A DNA stretch of 64,000 bases, taken from positions 558,001 to 622,000 of the forward strand of contig OU015569.1 of the NCBI GenBank assembly GCA_907165135.1. Reading direction: 5' to 3'. A program made the translations under genes and the position numbers. The DNA is from Oikopleura dioica. Its lineage: Eukaryota > Animalia > Chordata. The notes below the pieces were generated by a model. The model saw only the letters and a program-made list of their open reading frames with translations, was not told the DNA's origin and did not search any database. Positions 47,142 to 61,136 of the stretch are shown piece after piece. The stretch's first letter is position 1, and each line of letters opens with the position of its first letter.

Positions 47142-50100
47142 TTATTTATTTCGCTGGAAAATGATTGTTTGTCCGTGTTTAGTGAGATTGAATTCGTGAA
47201 CAGAGCAGAGTCGATGAAGCTTCTCGTCGCTGGAGTCGCGAAAACCCTCGATCTCGAATCTTGGCATTTGAGTTGTGTTTCCATTTTTACATGACGATTT
47301 TGCACTTTTTACATTTTGCTGCGCGTCGTCCGAGTCCGTGTCTTCGTAATACGGCTCGATCACGTGGTTGTTTTGCACCGACTCCTGAATTCAAGCCATA
47401 AGTCATCTATCTTGGTGTTGTAGTTACCGCTTTCTGCTGGGGAATCGAGCAAGAACAGCATGTTCTTTTTGGCAAATGACTTCTGATGGAGGAGTGGTAC
47501 CACTCTTTTCCGACGCGACGTAGATCCCCACGAGTGAAGGCGTAGATGATCGGATTCGCAATGGCGGAAACACTGGCGAACACCTAAACAAGGTAACAAA
47601 CCAGTTTTCTACTCAGGTGGCCGCTGAGCTCGGCAACCTGAGTCAGGCTTTGAAGAGCGAAAATGAAAAGCCGCGTAGCAACACAATCACTCTTATGTAC
47701 TTGAAAATCTTGGCGAAGCCGCTTTGCGGCTTCGTTTTCAAAAGCCGCTACGCAGCTTTTCACTTTCGCTCTTATTGGGATCTTAGATTCGTTAGACTCC
47801 CTCGTCCCCTAAGGTCACTTGCTTATCTAGATCGAGCTTTGCTCGGTCGCCGCCGTGTATTTCTCTTCATTCGGTAATTCACGCAGTTCGTGAATTAACC
47901 TCTATTTTACTCCAGCTCGAAATACAGACGTCAAAGATACTTTACTCGTTTTCTTCACTCGTCCAGATATAGAGAGCAGGCAAACTACGCTAGAAGTGGG
48001 AGATTCAGCAGAAGCTAGGATCCCTTCAGTGGTATCAGAGTAGTCCCGTTGGAGAAAAGGTAAATTTTCCGCCATCGACAACCGAAGTTTCGCAACTTGG
48101 ACGCTGATTGGCCGTCAGCGGAGTCGAGGGGAACCGAATCACCAACCGCCACCGCGCCGCCGGAGAAACTCCACTCAGAGAATTTTCCGCGCCGCACCAC
48201 ACCAACACCACCCCGAGCGAGCGCCACCACACGAGCGCCACCACGACCCACGCGCCGAAAGTCGCGCCCACGCAACCACGCACGCACGCCGGGGAAAACC
48301 TAAAATACTGAGAAAAACATAATTCTTTCGCCACTTTTCACCAAAAATCGAGAGAAGTTTACGAAGAATCGACCCTTGGACCAGACCTTGAAATTTCGAC
48401 AATCGCTGGACAGAGAAATCGTCGGGCGTTTGCGCAAAAGGCACCTCAGCTCATCATATTGCGACTTTTAGTCGCAGTATTTTCTGAGGGCCTGAAAGGT
48501 AATCCAAGGCCCATAAACCCTTACTGCCGATATATTTCGAGCTATGGCGGCGAACAAATCACTGCTAGAAACCGTCACCGAAATAAGAAGCATAAACGAT
48601 CGAGTAAACTACCTCGAAGAACAAGTGCGAAATGACGAATCACTAAAGCCAAGCCTAGAGCCCTTGATCACAGAAAGCAGAGTAAAATTAGAACAGCTCA
48701 GTACAACGCTTCTTACCTGCGAGCTCGATCAAGGAAAAGACTCTACGAATGCGACAATGAGAGAAGAAGCATGGGTGGCCACTACCTGGTCTCGTCACGT
48801 CCAAGACTTGCCGAAGCTGGACGCCGCATGCAACACATCTTTCAACACCTTCTTGGGCAGAGCCGACATTTATCACCGCGCCTACGTCCGCGACAGACCT
48901 TCACGTGAACAGCCTTTCATCGCAGCAGTGTACAGCCACTTCGACTTGAACATCGAACGCTCACTTGGAACCGAATTTCTGAATTGTCAAGACTGGAAAT
49001 CGGCCAAGGCGCTGCTAGAGAAATCATTCGCCGCGAAGAGTCACTACTTACTGAAGCTAAGCGAAGTTTTCGACGTCGAATACGACCATTCGAAGCCGTT
49101 TGCACACTACACCGCCAACGTCTTGCAAAAGATGAACGAGGCGAAGCAAGCGACTTTGAACTCTTACCGACAAGAGAAGTCAGCCGACGCCGGGGTCGAT
49201 GAAATATTTGACATATTCTCGACGATGATGCTGTACTTGAATCTTAGGAAAGAAGAACCAGACGTTTTCAACGCAATCCTTCCAAGCCTATCAAAAGTTT
49301 ACGATATCAACGAACTCTGCCGTCTCGCCCAATCCACAAGACAGAATCGAGTTGACAGCGCGACCGTCTCCCAGCACTTCAACAGAAATAAGAACAAAAA
49401 GAAGAAGAATGCTAAGCGCGCCAGCAACGATTCTAAGGATGGGAAAGACGATAAACAACCAGAATCCAAGAAGATAAATACGACTAAGAACGTTGAAGAT
49501 TTCCAACCATTCGACGTTCACTTTTACACAGTGAAGAAGAAGCGACCAGGAAAGGCTTATTTCGCTTCGGCTACCATCATTACGGGCTCTAAAAGTTTTG
49601 ACGTATCGATGGAAGTCGACAGCGGAGCCGAGTCCTCCTGTCTGTCCGCTGCTTACGTTCCCGACGAATTTCTCCAGATGCTGAAGCCCTGTCCCTTCAA
49701 GGTCACCGGTTTCAGCCCAAATATTCCCGCCGAGCAGCCGATGGGTATCCTTCCCTGCCGCTTATCATTCAATGGTGGCCCTGCATTCTCCCTGAATCTC
49801 ACCATTATGCCAGGCAGTAAATACCCAAGTCTACTGGGCCGCGATATACTAGAGAATGCGATGACGGACAGCTTCACAGTCGACAATAAGAATCGTACTC
49901 TCTCATTTTGCTACAACGAAGCCTTCACACAAACTGAGACTCAAGTGGTGAAGCTGGACGGAGTGAAGCGGACCAAAATCAAGAAATACTTGACTACTAG
50001 ATCAGCGGTCAAGGATAGCGATCGATCCCGCACTCAACCGCCACCAAAAGTCCCAAAGCTGGACGCACCTAACAAGAACGCAGCCAGGTGCCCCATTCAG

Positions 50101-53100
50101 CTAGCGAAGCAAAAACTCGGAATTACCCTACCAGCAAACGCCGACCCGGGGCAAAAGAAGGTGGTCGCCGAGCTGTGTTTGGAATTCGACGACAGATTCG
50201 GCTGCGACGGTCAAAAAATGGGTGAATTCCCGTTCGAGATCGAAATCCCGACTGATGGTACGAGTCGAAACATCAGTCAACACCCGATTCCGCAAGCTTT
50301 TCATGGTCAGGTCAGCGATCACATCTCCGAACTGCTCGAAACGAAAATAATAGAAGAGATCAAAGACCAGAAAGGGTTTAACAGCCCGGTATTGCCTATT
50401 CCTAAGAAATCTGGGGAAATGCGCTTCTGCATCAACTACAAAAACAGCCTGAACAAATGCCTCTCCGACAAATCCGACCCTTACCATCTCCCAAGCATGG
50501 AGGATACGATTGCGAACATTGGACCGGGCAATAAGTTTTTCGCCACAGTTGATCTACGAAGTGGATATTGGCAGTGCCCTGTAAAGAAAAGCGACAGGTA
50601 CAAGACTTCCTTCCAGTGGGGTGGGAAATCTTACGCCTTCTGCAGACTACCATTCGGTTATCGATGCTCGGGGAATATATTCTCGCGCGTCGTAAACACA
50701 ATTCTCGACTCAAGCCCCACCAGGAAAAAGATGCTTTCTTATATCGATGACATAGTGTGTTTTGGGAAGACTTTCAGCTGCTATTACAACACTCTCCGAA
50801 ACCTATTCATCGCGCTCCGCAAGTTTAACGCTAAACTCAAGGGCGAAAAGTGCTCTTTCCTACAATCCGAAGCTCACTTTTTGGGCCGAATCATCAACGA
50901 AGATGGAATCAAACCGGACCCTGCGCAAGTCTCCGCTCTTCGTCAGATGAAACCCCCACGCTCCCAAAAGGAGTTAGCTTCATTAATCGGGTCATTGAAT
51001 TGGATCCGAGGTTTTCTAGAAACGAAAATGGGCGAAGCTATTTCATCCGGTTGCTTCTCGAGCAGAATGAAGCCCATAAACGATGTTCGAAATTCGGCGA
51101 ACGAAACAAATTGTTTCAAGTGGACCAAAGAAGCGGATTTGGCGCTCAAGGAAATTCAACGACGACTCTCCGAGACTCCAGTCATAAGTTTTCCTAACTT
51201 TGACGAGTCTTTTCATCTCTACACAGACGCGAGCCTGTACGCAGCGGGTGGCGTCCTGCTACAAGAGTATGGCGGGAGAGTGCACCTAGTAAGCGCGATT
51301 TCCCACACCTTCAACAAAGCTGAAAGAAAATGGAACACTTCAGAAAAGGAAATGTTTAGCATTGTCTGGTGCTGCGAGCGACTGGAAAAGCTCCTGAAAG
51401 GTAGATTCTTTCAGATTCACACAGACCACCGATCTTTGATCTTCCTACACAAAAAGAAGTTCAAGAATTCTAAAATAAGCCGATGGCAAAGCCGATTGGA
51501 AGAATTCGATTTTCACATTGTCTACATCAAGGGATCAGAAAATCAATTCGCCGACTTTATGAGCCGCAGACCTGGCGAGGACGACAAATCACTTGGATAC
51601 GACTCTGAGTTTCCCGTTGGTCGCGAGTACGAAATCGACAAGAATTCACCAGTACGTGTCTTCGTCCCTTTCTGGAACGAAAATCAGTTTCCGGAGAAAA
51701 TCACTTTATCAGAGGTGAAGATACATAAGGTAAACGTCAAGGCTATCGCGGCGCCAATGGAGATTCCGTTGGTGTCAGCGAATTATAATAACATTCTGGA
51801 CTATCAAAGGGAGGACTCTGCTCTGAGTGCAATCATCACTTTTCTGGAATCTGGTAAGGAGCCACTGGACATAAAATCGCTGGTGAAGGACTCCGACCAC
51901 CGACAATCGTCTCTACTCAAGATGGAAAAAGCTCTGTTCCTGGATAACACTACCGGGTGCTTGATGTGTCAATTCAAATCTGGCGCGCGGGCGGTGGTAC
52001 CGGAAGCGGTAAAAAGTCACTTTCTCTTTCTAGCTCACGACTTGTCCGGTCATCTGGGCGAGCCGCGGACTTTAGAGCGATTAGAGGACGTTTGGTGGCC
52101 TTCATTTCAAGACGATGTTTCTAACTACGTCCACAGCTGCGTCCCTTGCCTACGCAGAAAAGGATCTGCTGGAACTCGTACCAAACCGCCACTTGGAACC
52201 CTTCGTCGTGGAAAAACAGCTGGCGAATCGATTCAGATCGATTTCGCTTGTATGCCTCCCGCTGGCGGATTCAAGTATTATTTGGTGGTGGCGGACACTT
52301 TCTCTCGCTACACTTGGTGCATTCCGACGCGGTCCGACACTGCTATCTGCGCTGCAAAAGCGCTCATCTACAAGGTCTTCCTTCCCATGGATTTCTTGCC
52401 GAAACATCTACACAGTGACAGAGGTACCCACTTCTGCGCAAGCGTGATTGACGAAATGTGTAAGCTTAACCAGATAAAACATACAATAAGTACCGCATTT
52501 CACCCTCAATCAAACGCTTTCGCAGAAAGAGCGAATCGGACTATCAAAAACAGTCTATTCTGCATGGTCAACTCATCTTCCGGTCGAAAAACTTGGGCCG
52601 ACTGCGTTCCCCACGTGATGCGCGCGCTCAATAGTGTGAAAAACAAAAGCACGAAAATTTCACCGCGAGAAGTTTGGTTTGGCCGAAAAAGTACTTTCAC
52701 CCACTCTACTGGCGCAGAAATGACAGCGGAAACACCTCAGGTGTTTGGTCTCAATGTGGGAGCTTTAGCGAAATCGGCGGAAGCCATTGTGAAAACTGCG
52801 ATGGAAGCTGCTGACCGAGCCATGGAGCACAGGCTGAAAAACGAGCCTAAGCCGAGACCAATCCCCGCTGGCGCTGTCGTGTACATTAAGCGAGAAAACC
52901 TGACCGACGCTAAAAGCAAGAAGGAACGCTGGGTAGGTCCCCTGAAAGCCGTTTCGAGCAACGACTGGGTCGTCATGGTCGAAGATAAAAAAGGACAACG
53001 TGATTTCATCCATCGAGAACACGTGGTTCACGCCGCAGAACGAAATCACGACTTACGCTGGATTGATTACTACGAGGCCGAGTACGTATTCCCACATTTA

Positions 53101-56100
53101 ACCGAAATCGTTAAGTCGAAAGTCCCACAAAAATCGCCTGTTCCTACTTCCAAACCGATGGAAAAGTCCGGGTCGAAGTCGCATGGGGGGAGGAAATCTT
53201 CTCAGGTCGCGTCGACTCCGATGGTTGCTATGGAAAAACCGCCAAGATCATCTCTATCACCTATTTTGGAAAGTAGACGCCGATTGGACATGGAAAATCT
53301 GGGAGATACAACCGCTACATCTATTTTGGACTCGTCGGTAGCTCCAGCCGAGCCGTCAGATCGCTGGTACTCTGGTGGTACTCTTTATGAAACTGCCGAG
53401 GACATGTCAGCTGATGCTACAGTGATTTCGGAGGTTGCTGCGCCCGACAATAGCCATATGTCAGTCGATAAACATAATTCAACAGTAGTTGAGGGCTCAG
53501 CAACTGAAAACAGCAAGAAAAGAACCCGTCCAAAGTCTTCACCAGATCGTCAATACTCAGCCGGCGCCGATCCGAATGCGACTTTAACCGAAGTTGGAGC
53601 AGCTCATCTCCCGAAACATACAAAACGAGCACACCGTGAAACGAGGCCCGTCGAACCTCTAAACATCGGCACAAACTCGGGTCAGTCATACGACTAAGCG
53701 CAAGTACTGCCCCACTCAGGTCCCCTATTCATCGACCGGGGCCTGAAAAGGTACGGAAATTATCACAGTTTACCGTCGCCGACGTATTTTGAGTTCTTCT
53801 ACATGTGCAGCTACTCCTTCATGTCATCACCGCTCGGACATCACGAAAACTTCGCATCTGATTCAAGCTTTTTCCCAAAAAGGGTTTTTAACGCGAATCA
53901 GACTGCCTCGACGTTTCGAACCTGCCATGTTACTCATCTTACGCTTATACTCCTGCAAAAATCACACACTTTGGCCTTAGAGGACGTTTCAGTCTCATGG
54001 GGGTATTGGGATCTTAGATTCGTTAGACTCCCTCGTCCCCTAAGGTCACTTGCTTATCTAGATCGAGCTTTGCTCGGTCGCCGCCGTGTATTTCTCTTCA
54101 TTCGGTAATTCACGCAGTTCGTGAATTAACCTCTATTTTACTCCAGCTCGAAATACAGACGTCAAAGATACTTTACTCGTTTTCTTCACTCGTCCAGATA
54201 TAGAGAGCAGGCAAACTACGCTAGAAGTGGGAGATTCAGCAGAAGCTAGGATCCCTTCACTCTTCAAAGCCTGACTCAGGTTTTCCACACAGGTTGCCGA
54301 GCACAAATAAGGAGAGAATACCTGAGTAACGGAGTTCCAGTAGAACATCCAAGGCTGGTTTTTGTCGATCAAGAGCATGGAGAGCGTGAGCAAGTGATTG
54401 GGCGTCCAGGTGACGACGAAAGAAGCGATGACGCAGGCGATCATTCGGTTAACTCTTTTGCTCCTGCTCGCACTCGACGATTTCCTATTTTGAAAAGATT
54501 GAGTAACTACGGGAGAAACTCGAAAAAGGCGGCTTACTGCAAATTGGAGGCGGTTCTCCAAATGAAGGCGTAGCTCACAGTAATGATCAAAATCGGCAAA
54601 AGGAAACCCGTCACCATGCGTCCAATTAAGAAAATCTGCGACATCTTTCTCGATGAAAAGTCCCAAACGCATCGCGAGTACTGGATCGTTTCTGTGGCGA
54701 GCAGATCGCAGTTGTTCGAACTTGTCTGGTTGAAATCGTCGGTTGAGTCGTCTTCGCGGCAGTATTTGACTGGGTCGTACTTGTAGATCATTTTTGTGCG
54801 GAAGAAGATTGCTGAAATATGGATTGAGGGGCGAAATTGCAGAAACTAATCCGTACCTTGACTAGACAGGCCCAAAGAAAAAGTCCAGGCGATTAAGGCC
54901 AGAAGCCAGCCATATGTGATCGTCCTGATTTTCCTCGCTTAGAGTGGGCTACCAATTCATTTCAACCCTTTTTATTCGGTCTAAAGCAATTTTGAAAGTG
55001 TATTTTTGGATTACCAATAAGATTGCTGTATTTGGCCTGCCGGCCAATCAAAACCCTGATCCACAAAATCACTTCCATAAATTGGTTTAACCCTTTTTAT
55101 TTTAACTAACAACTTGATTTGGAAAGCCCTATTGACTTGTATTGGATGGCAGACTGCGATGTACCGGTCTATGCTCATAATCGACAAGAAGTAGACCGAG
55201 CCGTAGAGGTTGAGCAGCGATATTCCAGAAAAGACCTTGCAGGCGGCGTTGCCGAGATTCCAGCGACGCAGGCGAAAGAGATCTGATGGCAAGTCACGAT
55301 TTAAGTTCTCGGCGAATTAATCTTGCTAAAATCGAGGACCTTAGCATTCGCCCAAATGGGCAGTCTGTGTTGGCTTTGATCTTCTCCTGTAAATAACTAC
55401 TGTACATTAATAATAATGCTTACACATGTAAATGGGTATAAATGATGCGCCTTCATCCATTTTTAAGGTCGCTTCGTTGTTTTCAAAAGCGATAACTCGA
55501 GAAATTATCAAAGCCCTTGCCCAAGACAGTACAGAAAGTCGGCCGCGGACAGATTCAAAATCTCGCCTGAATTGTAAATTGCTCGATTAGACACACACTG
55601 AGCTGTAGATAGAGCGTTACTGCCGTTTAGTTCTCCTTCTCAAGTGCAATACCACAGCGTTGAAAATTTAATTGGACGAATTCAATTCCGAATCAATTAA
55701 AAATGGACTCAGATATGTACTGAAACGGTCCCGCAGGTTCACCCTCTTCCGCCCTTTTTTACTGTTTCTTTTCTTCTTTTGAGTTTAAATCTGGCTTTAA
55801 TTCATTAGCGCCTTAAAAACATATGGGGGTCTTATGCTGCTGGCCAAGCTGATTTTGACACTAAAAAGCGATAATAAAGAATTAGTTTCACGCTCAAGTT
55901 AGAATGTCAATAACGCAAAAAGCCTGCAGCAGAAAGGAGCAATAGTGATTATCCGGAATCACGCAGTGGAAAATGCACTCTAAGACGAAGTAAGCTAATC
56001 CAGCTGGTTAAGAAATGTACAATCCCTTTCAAAATGTCAACCGCCGTCTTGAGCCCTCGCTTGAGCATCAGCGCGATAATTAGTAGATTGCCGACGACTC

Positions 56101-56137
56101 CGAGTATGCTGATAATTGCCAGGTCAAGGTTGAGCAA
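47142..56137 (-). CDS. Class A peptide-type GPCR (opioid/somatostatin/galanin-like group); start uncertain
   Basis: GVVGNLLII (TM1), WNLGNAACK, SIDRYIAVCHP, GFLLPILIITVSY, SFVVTWTPNH, then NPIIY after intron 47584-54321. Confidence 0.85.
47773..48028 (+). repeat. 5' LTR (TA...CA termini)
   Basis: Base-for-base identical to 54004-54259 by eye. Confidence 0.95.
48030..48040 (+). promoter_or_regulatory. Primer-binding site TGGTATCAGAG (tRNA-iMet-like)
   Basis: TGG-initiated motif 1 nt after the 5' LTR end. Confidence 0.75.
48544..53697 (+). CDS. Gag-Pol polyprotein (gag-PR-RT-RNase H-IN), 1717 aa
   Basis: PR EVDSGAE; RT LPFG...YIDD; RNase H YTDAS, IHTDH; IN HDLSGH...CVPC, IDF, HSDRG, AER; GPY/F-like WVGP; gypsy domain order. 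Confidence 0.96.
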   Translation: MAANKSLLETVTEIRSINDRVNYLEEQVRNDESLKPSLEPLITESRVKLEQLSTTLLTCELDQGKDSTNATMREEAWVATTWSRHVQDLPKLDAACNTSFNTFLGRADIYHRAYVRDRPSREQPFIAAVYSHFDLNIERSLGTEFLNCQDWKSAKALLEKSFAAKSHYLLKLSEVFDVEYDHSKPFAHYTANVLQKMNEAKQATLNSYRQEKSADAGVDEIFDIFSTMMLYLNLRKEEPDVFNAILPSLSKVYDINELCRLAQSTRQNRVDSATVSQHFNRNKNKKKKNAKRASNDSKDGKDDKQPESKKINTTKNVEDFQPFDVHFYTVKKKRPGKAYFASATIITGSKSFDVSMEVDSGAESSCLSAAYVPDEFLQMLKPCPFKVTGFSPNIPAEQPMGILPCRLSFNGGPAFSLNLTIMPGSKYPSLLGRDILENAMTDSFTVDNKNRTLSFCYNEAFTQTETQVVKLDGVKRTKIKKYLTTRSAVKDSDRSRTQPPPKVPKLDAPNKNAARCPIQLAKQKLGITLPANADPGQKKVVAELCLEFDDRFGCDGQKMGEFPFEIEIPTDGTSRNISQHPIPQAFHGQVSDHISELLETKIIEEIKDQKGFNSPVLPIPKKSGEMRFCINYKNSLNKCLSDKSDPYHLPSMEDTIANIGPGNKFFATVDLRSGYWQCPVKKSDRYKTSFQWGGKSYAFCRLPFGYRCSGNIFSRVVNTILDSSPTRKKMLSYIDDIVCFGKTFSCYYNTLRNLFIALRKFNAKLKGEKCSFLQSEAHFLGRIINEDGIKPDPAQVSALRQMKPPRSQKELASLIGSLNWIRGFLETKMGEAISSGCFSSRMKPINDVRNSANETNCFKWTKEADLALKEIQRRLSETPVISFPNFDESFHLYTDASLYAAGGVLLQEYGGRVHLVSAISHTFNKAERKWNTSEKEMFSIVWCCERLEKLLKGRFFQIHTDHRSLIFLHKKKFKNSKISRWQSRLEEFDFHIVYIKGSENQFADFMSRRPGEDDKSLGYDSEFPVGREYEIDKNSPVRVFVPFWNENQFPEKITLSEVKIHKVNVKAIAAPMEIPLVSANYNNILDYQREDSALSAIITFLESGKEPLDIKSLVKDSDHRQSSLLKMEKALFLDNTTGCLMCQFKSGARAVVPEAVKSHFLFLAHDLSGHLGEPRTLERLEDVWWPSFQDDVSNYVHSCVPCLRRKGSAGTRTKPPLGTLRRGKTAGESIQIDFACMPPAGGFKYYLVVADTFSRYTWCIPTRSDTAICAAKALIYKVFLPMDFLPKHLHSDRGTHFCASVIDEMCKLNQIKHTISTAFHPQSNAFAERANRTIKNSLFCMVNSSSGRKTWADCVPHVMRALNSVKNKSTKISPREVWFGRKSTFTHSTGAEMTAETPQVFGLNVGALAKSAEAIVKTAMEAADRAMEHRLKNEPKPRPIPAGAVVYIKRENLTDAKSKKERWVGPLKAVSSNDWVVMVEDKKGQRDFIHREHVVHAAERNHDLRWIDYYEAEYVFPHLTEIVKSKVPQKSPVPTSKPMEKSGSKSHGGRKSSQVASTPMVAMEKPPRSSLSPILESRRRLDMENLGDTTATSILDSSVAPAEPSDRWYSGGTLYETAEDMSADATVISEVAAPDNSHMSVDKHNSTVVEGSATENSKKRTRPKSSPDRQYSAGADPNATLTEVGAAHLPKHTKRAHRETRPVEPLNIGTNSGQSYD
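54004..54259 (+). repeat. 3' LTR
   Basis: Identical to the 5' LTR; preceded by ggggg. Confidence 0.95.
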
Positions 56138-56662
56138 ACTTTACTTTTGACACTTGCAAGTACAGTAAATATGCACTTGGGAAGATTCATGTTGAGTCTT
56201 GGAAAAAGTCTTGGAGGGGCTGACTTTTTCAAATAAAATAAAGTGCGAAAAAGTTTTTTTATCTTAGTCAGAGATTGATTTTGACCAAGATTCTGAGAAT
56301 TCTCTCCATAAAAATTTTTTTAAATCGATAATTAAACGTTAAGTAATTTCTAATTAATGTAATAATAGTGTCAAATTAATAGTGTAAAATAAATTCTAAT
56401 CGAAATCTTGGTCGAAATATTTCTGATGGCAAATTTGCGTAACCTTGGCATAAAGAATCGGGGCAACAAAATTGTCCAGCAGTTGCCCTTCATCGCTGAT
56501 TTGAATTTCGATATTGCGAGTTTTTGAAGATATTTGACACGGAGTTTCTTAAAATTGGAAATCCATGCCTGGGTATTTGATTCTTGTCGATATATCTTAT
56601 GTTCTCTAATGCGTCTCCCATTGTTTCTCGCTTCTCTGCCAAAAAAAGGAAGAAACTCCTGC

Positions 56663-56868
56663 TAACTTCTCTTTTCCTTCTTCTGTTTCGGATGCGAGGA
56701 TAAGAATGAGAGCTTGCTCGAGCGCCCCCTACACTCGCCGCCGGGCAGTGCAAGAAAACGACTTGATGAAGATGCAGTAAAATGAGGAGTTATTTCGACT
56801 TTGCTGATAAAAGAAGTTGACTTACGGGCTAATAGCTATTCCCTTGTGCTTTTACTTGTCTCCCAGGG
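56663..56868 (+). repeat. ~205-bp sequence duplicated at 63796-64000
   Basis: Identical except one T in a homopolymer; the second copy runs off the window. Confidence 0.9.
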
Positions 56869-57181
56869 CTTCTTTTTTGCATAAAAACCAGGCGAAGGAA
56901 AATACAGACAGAATAATGCATGCATCTCATGGAGGCTATTATTAATTCAATGAAATTCATCTCCAAGAAAAATAGATGTAACATCAAGATCGCATAAAAA
57001 ATAAAATATCTCCCCCGAAATTCGGGAGTTATTTCATTTTTCAGTTTTGGAAGTTTTAGAAGTGCGAATTGTTCTTTATTGCAAATGAATAGTTTTAAAT
57101 TTCATATTTAGATAGTAATAGTAGTTTTAAACAGAAACCAGCGTTGCACCAGGCCCGGAAAATCAAGAAAAAGAGTCGAGT

Positions 57182-60462
<3,281 letters not shown>

Positions 60463-60619
60463 TTCAACCTCTCTTTTTCTGGAGTTCTTACATTTGTCCG
60501 ATTCCGATTCCTTGGGCGAAAGTGGTCCTAACTTCACCGACGATGTGATTGTCGAGTATAACCTTCTTTTCGCCTTTCAATCGAGCTTTATGTTGATGAA
60601 AAATCAGAAGTTTGGAAAA

Positions 60620-60750
60620 GCCAGCCCCTCCGGCCACTTCCCCGCGGGGATTTGGCTGGAGGGGCTTTGTTTGGTCAATTTGGGCCCAAGGCTCTCCAAA
60701 CGTAAAAGCCCCTCCAGCCAAATCCCCGGGGAAGTGGCCAGAGGGGCTGG
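60620..60750. repeat. GC-rich palindrome in the divergent intergenic region upstream of PI4KB
   Basis: ccagcccctccggccacttccccg...gggatttggctggaggggcttt mirrored by aaagcccctccagccaaatcccc...ggggaagtggccagaggggctgg. Confidence 0.8.
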
Positions 60751-61136
60751 AAGAAAAACGATCAACGCTAGAATAAAAATGCCAGAAGAGTGTATTTCTA
60801 TTCGAAACGGAGAATCTTTGCTTTACAATTCTTGTTCTTCCTTGATTTCAGTTTAAAAAACCGGAGCAAAAAAAACTTTTTTTTTGAGCCGAGATTCGCT
60901 TGATTTTTGCTCAGGTTCTCTATTCAGCGCTAGAATTGTGAGGGGCTTTTGTCAGAAGAAGACTGAGAGTTGAATGCTTTCTTGTTAGTTGCCTTGCTTG
61001 GCTTTTTGATCATTCCGTGTTTTTCCAGAAGTTTAGACGCTTCGCCGTCGCCGCCTTTTCGAGTCAAGCGCGGTTTTGCCCATTTCGATTTTCAAAAGTT
61101 TTTTCAGTTAGAGAATTTAAAAAAAAGAGAAGAAAA

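Larger units (their letters stand above)
47773..54259 (+). mobile_element. Full-length Ty3/gypsy LTR retrotransposon (Tor-like, no env)
   Basis: Identical 256-bp LTRs (47773-48028, 54004-54259); 4-bp TSD ctct (47769-47772, 54260-54263); PBS at 48030; G-run before the 3' LTR; single gag-pol ORF. Confidence 0.96.

Noticed and set aside
53803-54108. 101-aa ORF after pol as a possible env
   Set aside because: Too short, runs into the LTR, and lacks a signal peptide plus TM layout.
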